NCBI GenBank assembly: GCA_965228855.1
Contig: CBDDIJ010000003.1
Span: 32,001 to 96,000 of the forward strand
From: Candidatus Obscuribacterales bacterium
GTDB taxonomy: Bacteria > Cyanobacteriota > Vampirovibrionia > Obscuribacterales > Obscuribacteraceae
Direction of reading: 5' to 3'
DNA: 64,000 nucleotides
Made by a program: the position numbers and the translations under genes. Under the pieces are notes generated by a model that saw only the letters and a program-made list of their open reading frames with translations, searched no databases and was not told where the DNA came from. Position 1 is the first letter of the stretch, and the number at the start of each line of letters is the position of its first letter. This document shows, one piece after another, positions 1-9,553 of the stretch.

Positions 1-2
1 GA

Positions 3-857
3 CTTGCAGACTTTTGCCAAAGTGCCACCAGCGATGGTGCGAAGCTGATGATAAGCAATTCCGATCCGGAGAATGTCGGATCTGATGATTCGTACTTTCA
101 GGAACTTTATCCTGGCTATACCATTAATCGTGCCTACGCTAGCCGGATGGTCAACTGCAAAGCCGATAAGCGTGGCAAGATTAGCGAGCTGATTATCACT
201 AATTACGCTCCGGATAAGGAGCAGTCGGAACCGACTCCTGAAGTTACGCAGCTCAGTCTGACGACTTCTGCCGCCACCGAAGTCAACTTTGTGGCGCTTA
301 CCGATGTGAAGGTTGCATCAAAGAATTCAAAGGTCGAGGCGGAAACGTCTAGCGAGACGAAAATGCCAGACTGCGCCACTCCGGATGTATCTGAATCTGC
401 TCAGGTCACTTCTAAATCTGAATCGAAGCCGGCCTCTTCTTCTTCTTCTTCTTCGCAGTCTAAGCGGAGCGCGCCGGCCCTGGGTGCTTTCAAGCTACTG
501 ACCGAATACGCTCAGAAGGAACAAGCCTTCGAGATTGCTGAACTCTGTGAGGCGACTGGCTGGAAAGAGCAGACTGCAAGAACATACGTTTCGAAGAAAT
601 GGAAGGACTATCTGGAGTCCGTGGATGGGGCGAAGTCCAAACTGCTAAAGGTAAAAAAGGCGTTTCTGGGCCATACGGAGGACAGCTTCCTTGCTGAGTT
701 TTCGCAGGCACTTAGCGTGCAGAATGCCAGACCTCAGAGTCTAGACGAGGCTAAGAGTCGGGCTCGCGCGGCATTGCTAACATTTGCCGAATTCTTGTCT
801 GAGTCTCAGCAGCCCTCCGAAGAGGCGCGTATCCGAGCGCTTGCAGATCAACTTTAA
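3..857 (+). CDS. DNA adenine methyltransferase, Dam/DpnM-like (5'-truncated by window edge), with C-terminal low-complexity linker and HTH-like extension
   Basis: Frame open from base 3 (LADFCQSATSDGAKLMISNSDP...). MISNSD...YASRMVNCKADKRGKISELIITNY matches the C-terminal end of Dam-family MTases; ~215 extra aa follow. Confidence 0.8.
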   Translation, partial: LADFCQSATSDGAKLMISNSDPENVGSDDSYFQELYPGYTINRAYASRMVNCKADKRGKISELIITNYAPDKEQSEPTPEVTQLSLTTSAATEVNFVALTDVKVASKNSKVEAETSSETKMPDCATPDVSESAQVTSKSESKPASSSSSSSQSKRSAPALGAFKLLTEYAQKEQAFEIAELCEATGWKEQTARTYVSKKWKDYLESVDGAKSKLLKVKKAFLGHTEDSFLAEFSQALSVQNARPQSLDEAKSRARAALLTFAEFLSESQQPSEEARIRALADQL

Positions 858-934
858 GCATCTGACCTTTTGCACACTTGTGTGCAGGTGTATTATTTCT
901 GTCGTATCACGACAGCGAGTTACATCGTCCTGAC

Positions 935-2281
935 ATGGTGCTTACAACTCCGAGCGATAGCGATATCTTTGTTGACGAAGACGTTCAGGAATCAGACCTG
1001 AAGAACGATCTGGCGTGGCAAAAAGTTTTTGAACGGACACCGATACTTCGCGAGATTGAGGAGCACGGGTACTTTCTAATTTCTGCTAAAGAACTTCAGA
1101 CTGCTAGTGATGAACGCCAGCCCCGTCTAATGGTCAAGTTCGATTTTAACTTTCAACGTCCCGCCTTGTTTCGAACGCACAAGCTCAACATTTTGCCTTT
1201 GAAGCGCGGTAATTATGTGGTGTTTCGCGATCCGAAAAACATCTGCTATTTCGCGTTTCCCAAGTCTGGAGAAGCCGGCCGACCGATTTCGCACGCGCCA
1301 ACTAAGGATGTTGAGATTTACGATACGTTGGAACGTGAGCTCTGTGCCACTGAGTGTGATGCCGTCGACCTGGCGCACGCCTCCGGCCTTTTGCAGAGTT
1401 TCTGTGGGACCAACGCGCTTATCTTGACTAAGCGAGGGCGTTTTGGTTCCGGTCAGTTCAACGTTCGCCTGCCGGGATGTGGCATTGAAATTTCCGTGGA
1501 CGGTGCGCAGATTGAAGTCGATTCTGTATACGAATCTGATGATGCCGTTGTCCTCATCGAGGCAAAGCGTGGTTTTCATGAAGAGTTTCATACCCGTCAG
1601 CTCTATTACCCATATCAATGGCTTGCAGCGAAAACCAAGAAGAAAATCATTCCTATTTTTCTGTGTTACTCAAATGGCAAGTTTCAACTGAACCAGTTTG
1701 ATATCGGCACCGCATTTGGTGATATGAAGCTCGTGCGGCAGGAGTATTTCTTCATCGGCAAATATGCCGTCGCACCTGGCGATTTAGAAGCAATGCTGGC
1801 CGCGAGCGCAGAGGCTGAGGAGAGCAAAGTCGCGTTCCCACAGGCTAATGATGTAGACAAAATTGTTGACGTTGTGAGTTTGATTGAAGCCGGAATTGTC
1901 GATAAGCCATCGCTCGTTGATGTGTTAGGCTTCTCTGAGAGGCAGGCGCACTATTATCTCACGGCGGCCAAGTATCTGGGCTTCCTCAAGTCATCCACCG
2001 AACTAACTCCAATAGGCGAGCGCTTGGTCTCGGCTCCCCAGCAAATTGTACGGTCGAAACTAATTCTGGACTGTATGTTCTCCAGACCCGTGCTCCGTGA
2101 AGGTATGCTCGCGTTTAAATCTTTGAACTTCGACAAAAACGAGCTTTCCGAAGACATGATCGTTCCCATGATTTTAAGACATCGAATCAGAGACAATTAT
2201 TCGGTAAGCACGTTAAAACGTCGTGCGGACTGCGTTCTTCGGTGGCTTCGCTGGCTGCAAGTCAACTGCGATTTGCAGTAA
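935..2281 (+). CDS. Putative type II restriction endonuclease (PD-(D/E)XK) associated with the Dam-like MTase
   Basis: QIEVDSVYE...VLIEAK nuclease motif, RQLYYPY; FPQAND..RQAHYY C-terminal winged-helix-like region; directly downstream of the MTase. ATG 935 preferred over TTG 878. Confidence 0.7.
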   Translation: MVLTTPSDSDIFVDEDVQESDLKNDLAWQKVFERTPILREIEEHGYFLISAKELQTASDERQPRLMVKFDFNFQRPALFRTHKLNILPLKRGNYVVFRDPKNICYFAFPKSGEAGRPISHAPTKDVEIYDTLERELCATECDAVDLAHASGLLQSFCGTNALILTKRGRFGSGQFNVRLPGCGIEISVDGAQIEVDSVYESDDAVVLIEAKRGFHEEFHTRQLYYPYQWLAAKTKKKIIPIFLCYSNGKFQLNQFDIGTAFGDMKLVRQEYFFIGKYAVAPGDLEAMLAASAEAEESKVAFPQANDVDKIVDVVSLIEAGIVDKPSLVDVLGFSERQAHYYLTAAKYLGFLKSSTELTPIGERLVSAPQQIVRSKLILDCMFSRPVLREGMLAFKSLNFDKNELSEDMIVPMILRHRIRDNYSVSTLKRRADCVLRWLRWLQVNCDLQ

Positions 2282-2324
2282 GACTTTTAACCTCAGCCAG
2301 ATCTGCCTCTTAATTCAGGGAATA

Positions 2325-2759
2325 TCAAATCCCGGGGCGCACGTTTCGAACGCCAAATGCTGGTTTGTGCCATATTCGAGCGCCGCAGAGCTTTTCATCG
2401 GCGTCAAATTCAAGTGATAAAACAACGTCGTTCAGTTCGTAGTGATCTTTATCGAACTCCGGTGGACCTTCAGGCGGAAGCGGTTTAAACCCTAGTTTCT
2501 CTTGTACGTCGGTTCGCTGGTCGCCGAACTTGACTCCGACAGGAAGGTCACAGGCACCATCATCTAGCTTCAACGACGCAACACTAAGCGTGCCGTTTTT
2601 ATCTAGCAGTGTAAAACCGCTTTTGCGAAACATTCGAAGCTGACCTCGATTTCCAGGAGTTTCCGGAACATCGTCCAGGTCACTTACAAGCCTTTGGTAC
2701 TCCGGCGAATCAAGTTTCTTTCCGAGCACTGAAATAATACGACTTAGCAAATCCTTCAT
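2325..2759 (-). CDS. Hypothetical protein (144 aa)
   Basis: ORF track; starts 4 bp after the ALDH stop on the same strand. Confidence 0.7.
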   Translation of the reverse strand: MKDLLSRIISVLGKKLDSPEYQRLVSDLDDVPETPGNRGQLRMFRKSGFTLLDKNGTLSVASLKLDDGACDLPVGVKFGDQRTDVQEKLGFKPLPPEGPPEFDKDHYELNDVVLSLEFDADEKLCGARIWHKPAFGVRNVRPGI

Positions 2760-2763
2760 ATCG

Positions 2764-4233
2764 TTATTTTGAATATTTGTACGAGATTGTCTTTGCTTCG
2801 GAGAAGAATTCCAAACTGTATCGTCCGCCCTCGCGCCCTACGCCGGAAGATTTCTGTCCTCCGAACGGTGTTCTCAAATCGCGGGCGAACCAGCAGTTTA
2901 CCCACACGAGACCGCTGCGAATGCCCTTCGAGACTCGATGGCAGCGATTAACGTTCTCACTCCAGATTGAGCAAGACAATCCATAGGGAGTTGAATTCGC
3001 ATATTCAATCGCTTGTTCTTCCGAATCGAAAGGCACCACTGGCAATACCGGTCCAAAAATCTCCTCTTTAAGCAGTTTCGAATCGATTCCCAATCCTTCG
3101 AACATCGTAGGAGCGATGAAGTAGCCGTCTCCCATGTTTGTGAGCCGTTCTCCACCGCAGAGGAGTTTGCCCTCTTTCTTTCCGTGCTCGATGTAGGTCA
3201 GAACCTTTTCCATATGTTCTTTTGAGATCATCGCGCCCATTTGAGTTTTAGGATCAAGCGGGTCGCCCACCTTGATGTTCTTTACTCTTTCGACCAGCGC
3301 ATCGACGACCTTTTTATATGCGTCTTTATGAACGAACAGTCGTGAGCCAGCAAGACAGATTTGACCCTGGTTTCGGTACGCAGCCCGGACTGATGTCTCA
3401 ATCGCTTCGTCCAGGTTTGCATCATCGAAAATGATGTTAGCGCCTTTGCCGCCAAGTTCGAAAGATAACTTCTTGAGAGTCGCCGCTGCATTCTTCATAA
3501 TGGCGCGACCGGTCGAAGTCTCTCCGGTAAACGAAATCGAACGCACTCCCGGATGCACTGTAAGTGCTTCGCCAGCCGCATCCGCGCCGAAGCCGTTGAC
3601 GATATTAAAGACACCTTTCGGCACGCCTGCTTTCGCGCAAATATCGGCGAGAAGGTATGCGGTGTACGGAGTCCATTCCGCCGGCTTTAAGACTATGGAG
3701 TTGCCCATCATCAGAGCCGGAGCAATTTTCCACGTGGCAAGATATAGCGGCAGGTTCCACGGTGTTATCAAACCGCAGACGCCAACCGGCTCGCGGACCG
3801 CAACGTGCATTTCCATTGGCGATGGTACAAACGCTTCTTCCACATAGGAGCTTGCGAACTGCGCGAAGAAGTGAAAGTTCTGCGCTGCGCGCGGAATGTC
3901 ACCTGTTGAACTTTCGCTTATTGGTTTACCGGTGTCCAGAGTTTCTGCTCGGGCTAACTCATCTTTGCGTTCCAAAATCAGGTCGCCGATGCGGTGCACC
4001 ACCGCAGCTCGTTCTTGAACCGACATCCGCGCCCATGGTCCCCGCTCGAACGCTTCGGTCGCTGTCATGACTGCATCGTTGATATCATCTGCGGTGCCGA
4101 GTGCGACGTGACCGTGAACCTGTCCCGTAGCCGGATTGATCGTTTCAAACGTTTTGCCGGACTTCCCTTTGACGTATTCGCCTCCAATAAAATTGTCGAT
4201 TTGAACCGTCTTCGTTGGTGTTGTAGCAGTCAC
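2764..4233 (-). CDS. Aldehyde dehydrogenase, 2-aminomuconate/2-hydroxymuconate semialdehyde dehydrogenase type
   Basis: ITPWNLP, FTGETSTG, ELGGK, catalytic Cys in GQICLAGSR, EEIFGPV, subfamily-type NCWFARDLRTPFGG. Confidence 0.88.
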   Translation of the reverse strand: MTATTPTKTVQIDNFIGGEYVKGKSGKTFETINPATGQVHGHVALGTADDINDAVMTATEAFERGPWARMSVQERAAVVHRIGDLILERKDELARAETLDTGKPISESSTGDIPRAAQNFHFFAQFASSYVEEAFVPSPMEMHVAVREPVGVCGLITPWNLPLYLATWKIAPALMMGNSIVLKPAEWTPYTAYLLADICAKAGVPKGVFNIVNGFGADAAGEALTVHPGVRSISFTGETSTGRAIMKNAAATLKKLSFELGGKGANIIFDDANLDEAIETSVRAAYRNQGQICLAGSRLFVHKDAYKKVVDALVERVKNIKVGDPLDPKTQMGAMISKEHMEKVLTYIEHGKKEGKLLCGGERLTNMGDGYFIAPTMFEGLGIDSKLLKEEIFGPVLPVVPFDSEEQAIEYANSTPYGLSCSIWSENVNRCHRVSKGIRSGLVWVNCWFARDLRTPFGGQKSSGVGREGGRYSLEFFSEAKTISYKYSK

Positions 4234-4306
4234 AGAATTGCGCCTCCATTGGCTTTGTTCGCAGCGGTCGGTTTGATTCCTGGCAAACGCTTGAGTTCAA
4301 ATAGCG

Positions 4307-4759
4307 CTAACCGTTTGGGTAAATTGCAGTGGCTTTTATTTCGATGTGATTTTTGCCTGGCAGCTTCGAGACTTCAACGGTCGTGCGTGCCGGCGGATCT
4401 GGAAACGAGAAATGTTTTTCGTATACCTTATTGTATTTCGGAAAGTCTTTCATGTTTGACAGGAAAACCGTCACGTCGACGAGATCGTTCATCGTCAGTC
4501 CGGCTTCCTCCAATGTTACCCGCAGGTTCTTAATCACAGCTTCTGTTTGTACTTCGATGTCGTAGGACACGATGTTGCCGTCAGTGTCAACTTCTACGCC
4601 TTCTTCCTCGCCGGTGTCTGGGTGACGTGCGCCTTGACCGGACACGAATAGAAAGCCGCCGGCTTTCACCGCGTGTGAGTAGGAGCCCAGCGGGCGGGGC
4701 GCTTTGCCCGTGATGTTGAACCCGATTTTCGCCTTGGTTTTGTCGCTAGAATCTGACAC
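4307..4759 (-). CDS. RidA/YjgF family protein, probable 2-aminomuconate deaminase
   Basis: YSHAVKAGGFLFVSGQ, PPARTTVEV, IEIKA motifs; insert typical of AmnD/NbaF-like members; adjacent to the ALDH. Confidence 0.82.
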   Translation of the reverse strand: MSDSSDKTKAKIGFNITGKAPRPLGSYSHAVKAGGFLFVSGQGARHPDTGEEEGVEVDTDGNIVSYDIEVQTEAVIKNLRVTLEEAGLTMNDLVDVTVFLSNMKDFPKYNKVYEKHFSFPDPPARTTVEVSKLPGKNHIEIKATAIYPNG

Positions 4760-4878
4760 TATGCACCTGAATTGGTCGCTTGAGCCTCAAAGTTTATTAC
4801 GAAAATCTCGGTTATAGGAAAATCTTTCGATTCACGTTGTAATGTTAGCAAGCAAGTCCATCAAACGCGGAGCCAGCC

Positions 4879-5547
4879 ATGTCAGACGCGGTTATTTCGA
4901 ACTATTCTCGAATCATTGATATCTCCCAGCCGGTTGATTCTACGAGTGCGTGTTTCCCTGGCGATGTGCCGTTTTCGCGCAACATAACGGTTTCGTACAA
5001 AGACAGTGGAGTTTTGAACTTGACTTCTTTGACTATGAGCCCGCATGTTGGAACACACGCGGACTCACCTGTCCATATCAAGGGCGATATGAGCGAAAAC
5101 GAAGGTATGGCGTCGCAATTGCCCCTTGAAGCATTTATTGGTCCGGTGCGCGTCATCGACCTCGCTCCCTACGAAGGCGGAATTACAGCAGAGCAATTTC
5201 TTTCCAAGGTTGCGAAACTGGAAACATTGCCGCCGCGCATTTTGTTTAAGACCTGCCACCAGATTCGGTACCAGGTTTGGGAAGAGAAATACGCATTTCT
5301 CACGGTCGAGCTAGTGGAAGCGCTTCAGTCGAAGGGCGTTAAGCTAGTCGGCATCGACACTCCATCGGTTGACCACACCGAATCCAAAAATTTGGAAACA
5401 CATCATAAACTCGACGAATTCAATTTTGTCTGGTTGGAGAATTTGGATCTCACGAAAGTCGACGAGGGAAACTACTTTCTTGTGGCGCCGCCGCTCAAGT
5501 TTGTGGAACTGGAAGCTTCGCCTGTTCGTGCGGTACTTCTTGCGTAG
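4879..5547 (+). CDS. kynB: Cyclase-family arylformamidase (kynurenine formamidase)
   Basis: HVGTHADSP metal motif, GIDTPSVD, LENLDL, ASPVRAVL. Confidence 0.85.
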   Translation: MSDAVISNYSRIIDISQPVDSTSACFPGDVPFSRNITVSYKDSGVLNLTSLTMSPHVGTHADSPVHIKGDMSENEGMASQLPLEAFIGPVRVIDLAPYEGGITAEQFLSKVAKLETLPPRILFKTCHQIRYQVWEEKYAFLTVELVEALQSKGVKLVGIDTPSVDHTESKNLETHHKLDEFNFVWLENLDLTKVDEGNYFLVAPPLKFVELEASPVRAVLLA

Positions 5548-5627
5548 GGTGAACGATTGATACCCAGTTGCTTTCGCTTATCTGCTTTTTTTACAAACGA
5601 TTTCAGCTTCAACAAGACGGAGAAAAT

Positions 5628-6407
5628 ATGTTCGGTAAACCGTGCTCGCTAATCGGAGTTATTCACCTGCCGCCGCTCCCCGGTGCAGCAGGCTGGGATG
5701 GCAATTTGAACAGGCTTGTCGAGCAAGCTTTGAGCGAAGCTGCGCTTTATGATGAAACAGGTTTTGACGGGCTCATCGTCGAGAACACTCATGATACGCC
5801 TTATTTAAAAGGCGAGGTTGGTGCCGAAACCACGGCGAGCATGACCGTAATTTGTCATCGATTGAGACAAGAATTTAAAAAGCCGCTCGGTGTGCAGGTT
5901 CTGGCTGGAGCTAATATAGAAGCTCTTGCGATCGCGGCTGCTTGCGATTTTGAGTTCATTCGAGTCGAGGGTTTCGTCTTCGCACATATCGGTGATGAAG
6001 GATTGCATGATGCGTGCGCTGGGAAACTTATTCGCCATCGCTTCAACATCAAAGCCGATAAGGTAAAAATCTTTGCCGACATCAAGAAGAAGCACTCGTC
6101 AAATGCTATTACTAGTGACATTTCGATTGCCGAAACCGCCAACATGGCTGAATACTTTAGAGCTGATGGCGTTATTGTTACTGGCATGAGAACCGGTGTT
6201 GAGGCTGATTTAGACGAAGTGCGTTCTGTCAAGGAAGCGACATCTCTTCCGGTACTCATAGGCTCTGGTGTGACTTGGGATAATCTCGCCTCATATGCCG
6301 CATGCTCCGATGCTCTGATTATCGGCTCCAGCGTGAAGGTAGACGGACAGTGGCAGAACAAACTCGACCGTGAACGTTGCAAACGAATAGTGGACGCGTT
6401 GGTTTAG
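5628..6407 (+). CDS. BtpA/SgcQ family TIM-barrel protein
   Basis: IGVIHLPPLPG, GLIVEN..DTPY, ADIKKKHS, VLIGSGV; ATG 5628 follows a GGAG RBS. Confidence 0.88.
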   Translation: MFGKPCSLIGVIHLPPLPGAAGWDGNLNRLVEQALSEAALYDETGFDGLIVENTHDTPYLKGEVGAETTASMTVICHRLRQEFKKPLGVQVLAGANIEALAIAAACDFEFIRVEGFVFAHIGDEGLHDACAGKLIRHRFNIKADKVKIFADIKKKHSSNAITSDISIAETANMAEYFRADGVIVTGMRTGVEADLDEVRSVKEATSLPVLIGSGVTWDNLASYAACSDALIIGSSVKVDGQWQNKLDRERCKRIVDALV

Positions 6408-6469
6408 CCAGCCTGACATTCGTTGTACCGAACGCGAGAATCAAAAGGTCTCAACGCACCATCTCCCTA

Positions 6470-8053
6470 TTATTGCTCGAGAGTGTAGCCCGTTTTGTAA
6501 TTGCGTTTTTTGACCAGGTCGCGCCAGACGTCTCCGCCGCCGCTTGCTTTGGGGCGTGGAGCCGCAGCTGTTTGGGCAACGGGCGCGGTGGGTTTCTTCA
6601 CTTTCTTGGGTTTTGGAGCAACCGGTTTCTTCGCTACGACCGGCGCAGGTGTCACCGCCGGTGCCGTCACTGCCGTTGCACCATCGGTAGTGGCATTGGC
6701 AGGCTTTGCCGTTACGTTCTTGGTTTTGTCAGAGGAAGTTGAAGTTAAGACCTTATCCGGCTTTTCTGCAGGCGTTTCAGTCGATGCGGTTGTCGGCGGA
6801 GTCGGTTCCTTCACAGCAGGTGCCGGTTCCTTAACCTCAGGTTTTTTTTGTGTCACTACAGGCGGTGCCGGCTTATTGCCCCCGGTCAGCATGGTGTTTA
6901 AACCTACAATGGTCAATGCGCCAAGAATCACGACGCCAACGAGAACCGCTGCCCACTGCGCCCACGTCAGTTTGAACAGTAGTGCGGAAACTTGATCGGC
7001 TGTAATCGCTTTTGCTTCGCCTTCGGACTCGGTGGGTGTGGTCCGCAGAACCTGACTGCGGCCAGGTCTGGGAATGGCGAGTTCGAGCTCATTGACCAGA
7101 TGCTCCATCGATTGATGGCGATCGGCAGGGTCTTTTGCGAGAGCCTTTAGAATGACTTGCTCGACGCGCTCTGGGATGTAGAGGTCCGGTCGCACTTCGG
7201 AAAATTTTGGCGGTGGATCTTCGATGTGTTTTCGCATCGTCTCCACCATCGTGCGACCCAGGAGCGGAAGGCGGTTGGTCAGGGTCTCGTACATGACGAT
7301 TCCCATCGAATAGATGTCGGAGCGTTGATCGAGCTTATGACCCTGGCACTGTTCGGGCGACATGTAGACCGGGCTACCGCAGACCTCGCCCATCTGGGTC
7401 AGGCGCTGATGGTTTTCAGTCGAGCCTTGAGCGTCTTCCATGATCTGGGCAACGCCGAAATCCACGACCTTTACGAAATCTTTGTCACCGTCATAACTGA
7501 TCAATACAATGTTGGAAGGCTTCAAGTCGCGATGGATAATGCCCTGCTTGTGAGCGTGACCGAGTGCATCAGACGATTGCTGAAAGATTTTAAGAGCGCG
7601 TTCGACGCTGACCTGTCCTTCCTGTTTGATCACGTCCGAGAGCGGAACGCCCTGGAGGTAATCCATAACAATAAAGGGCTGTCCGGTCTGTTGCGAAATT
7701 CCGAAGTCGTAAACCGTGATGATATGCGGGTGATTGAGTTTGCATGTGGCTCGACCCTCTTGCTGGAAGCGCTTGACGCTCATCGAGTCGTTCAAGTGGT
7801 GCGATTGCAACATCTTGATCGCGACGATTCGGTCCATCACGTCCTGGCGTCCTTTGTAGACCACGCCCATGCCGCCCGTGCCGAGCACTGACATGATCTC
7901 GTACTTGCCTGCGAGTTTGGTGCCGATCAGAGGGTCTTGAGCGACTGGCACGAGCATGCTGTTGTCGTGCGGACAGGCCGCCACAATTCCGGTGAATTGC
8001 CTGTGGCATTCTAAGCAAACCTTGCGGTCTAGGACGTTCTCTGTAGGATGCAT
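6470..8053 (-). CDS. Hanks-type Ser/Thr protein kinase with N-terminal Cys ribbon, TM helix and Pro/Thr/Lys-rich external tail
   Basis: LGTGGMGVVY, VAIK, HRDLKPSN, DFG, YMSPEQ; CLEC...CPHD at N-terminus; hydrophobic WAAVLVGVVILGALTIVGL. Confidence 0.93.
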   Translation of the reverse strand: MHPTENVLDRKVCLECHRQFTGIVAACPHDNSMLVPVAQDPLIGTKLAGKYEIMSVLGTGGMGVVYKGRQDVMDRIVAIKMLQSHHLNDSMSVKRFQQEGRATCKLNHPHIITVYDFGISQQTGQPFIVMDYLQGVPLSDVIKQEGQVSVERALKIFQQSSDALGHAHKQGIIHRDLKPSNIVLISYDGDKDFVKVVDFGVAQIMEDAQGSTENHQRLTQMGEVCGSPVYMSPEQCQGHKLDQRSDIYSMGIVMYETLTNRLPLLGRTMVETMRKHIEDPPPKFSEVRPDLYIPERVEQVILKALAKDPADRHQSMEHLVNELELAIPRPGRSQVLRTTPTESEGEAKAITADQVSALLFKLTWAQWAAVLVGVVILGALTIVGLNTMLTGGNKPAPPVVTQKKPEVKEPAPAVKEPTPPTTASTETPAEKPDKVLTSTSSDKTKNVTAKPANATTDGATAVTAPAVTPAPVVAKKPVAPKPKKVKKPTAPVAQTAAAPRPKASGGGDVWRDLVKKRNYKTGYTLEQ

Positions 8054-8254
8054 GAGTAGAAGCGACTAGTTGAGTGAGCTTTTGTCGGGGCGGTAAGACA
8101 GCGGACTTACCTTCAGCATAGCTGATTAAGCATTATTAATGTACCCGTCTAAACCCGGACGTAACCTAAAAACTTGACCCGGATGCGGTAGCACGTTGAA
8201 CACAATTGTGATCAACGCTCGGAAATGAAGGACTGACCAAGGTTTAGCCGATGG

Positions 8255-9502
8255 CTATGACGTTGCCACCAAACTTTCATGTTTTTCTACTTTGCCGCCG
8301 ACGACTGATATTAGGGTCGCACCGGATAACCATTCCTGTTCAAAGCCGTCGAGATGAGTCGTGGTAATTATGGTCTGCATTCCTCGGTGCACGGACTCCA
8401 TTAGAAAACCCTGGCGGCGCAGATCGAGTTCCGCCATTACATCGTCGAGGAGAAGAACGGGAGGCTCGCCCAGGTGATCGGATACCAGTTTCAGTTCCGA
8501 TAATTTTAAGGCTAAAACCAGACTGCGTTGTTGACCCTGGCTGCCGAACGCCGTGGCATCGCTCTCGTCGATTGTGAACCGCACATCGTCGCGGTGTGGA
8601 CCCGACAGTGTTTGACGTCTTGTGATCTCGTCGCTGCGCCTCGTCTTGTACAACTGCATGAGGCGAGAGGCAATTTCGCGTTCCTCCATATTAAGAAGGT
8701 CGGTATTGGGAACTGGTGTTGATTCTTCGGCTTCGTAATTATCGTCGTATTGATTCTCAGACCCGGTGGAGTGGAAGTAGTACGTGGCTGCAAGCGTCTC
8801 TCTCTGACCGGAGATCTTCTCGTGATAGGAAGTAGCGATCGGGAGCGCCAGGTCCAGGCATTTGACCCGATGCTTGATAATAGTGGCGCCCATGGTGGCA
8901 AGCTGCTGATCCCAAACTTTAAGCTCGTCGATGTCCGTGCCGGTCAGTTTCCCCTTCTCGAAGATGTTCTTCAACAGCCGATTTCGCTGCGTCACTGCTT
9001 TTTCGTATCTGCTTAAAACTGTTTTGAAACCGCTCGATAAAATTGCAGCGAGGTCGTCCACCCAGTCGCGACGGTCTTTGGGACCACCGCGAATCAAGCT
9101 CATGTCCTGGCTTTTAAAGCTTACTGTCACAAGGTGCCCCTTCAGTCCACGCGTATTTCCTTTTGGAACTCCATTTACCTTGATCAACTTTTCACTTTTA
9201 GGAGCCGCTCCTGGAGCGGTGCTTGCGTCGCTCTTCTTCTTGATGATAATTGAAATTTTATGGTCGTAATCGCGCGCGAAAAATTCGACTTCCACAATCG
9301 CGTGGTCCTGGCCGCGATTAATCAATTCCGAATCTATCGAGGTACGATAAGACTTGCCTGCCGAGGCGAACTCGATCGCTTCCAGCAAATTTGTTTTACC
9401 TTGCGCATTCTCGCCGATGATGACATTCCGCTCGGGGCAGAACGAAAGAACTTCCTGTCGATAATTTCGGAAGTTCGTGACGGTGAGCTTTTTAACGAGC
9501 AT
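8255..9502 (-). CDS. recF: DNA replication/repair protein RecF
   Basis: NFRNY, GENAQGKTN Walker A, GPHRDD, GSQGQQR, LLLDDVMAELD. Confidence 0.96.
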   Translation of the reverse strand: MLVKKLTVTNFRNYRQEVLSFCPERNVIIGENAQGKTNLLEAIEFASAGKSYRTSIDSELINRGQDHAIVEVEFFARDYDHKISIIIKKKSDASTAPGAAPKSEKLIKVNGVPKGNTRGLKGHLVTVSFKSQDMSLIRGGPKDRRDWVDDLAAILSSGFKTVLSRYEKAVTQRNRLLKNIFEKGKLTGTDIDELKVWDQQLATMGATIIKHRVKCLDLALPIATSYHEKISGQRETLAATYYFHSTGSENQYDDNYEAEESTPVPNTDLLNMEEREIASRLMQLYKTRRSDEITRRQTLSGPHRDDVRFTIDESDATAFGSQGQQRSLVLALKLSELKLVSDHLGEPPVLLLDDVMAELDLRRQGFLMESVHRGMQTIITTTHLDGFEQEWLSGATLISVVGGKVEKHESLVATS

Positions 9503-9553
9503 GAATAGTTTATTTCCGTGTTGTGCCGACGCTTCTCACCGGTTTTGTAAAAC

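Noticed and set aside
435..455. (TCT)6 microsatellite as a phase-variation switch in the MTase
   Set aside because: It is an in-frame triplet repeat; slippage would only change poly-Ser length.
5928..5935. HIP1 octamer GCGATCGC (also near 40786)
   Set aside because: Only sporadic copies noticed; enrichment cannot be claimed without a count.
5628..6407. BtpA as evidence of photosynthesis
   Set aside because: The BtpA/SgcQ family is widespread in non-phototrophs, and no photosystem genes are present here.
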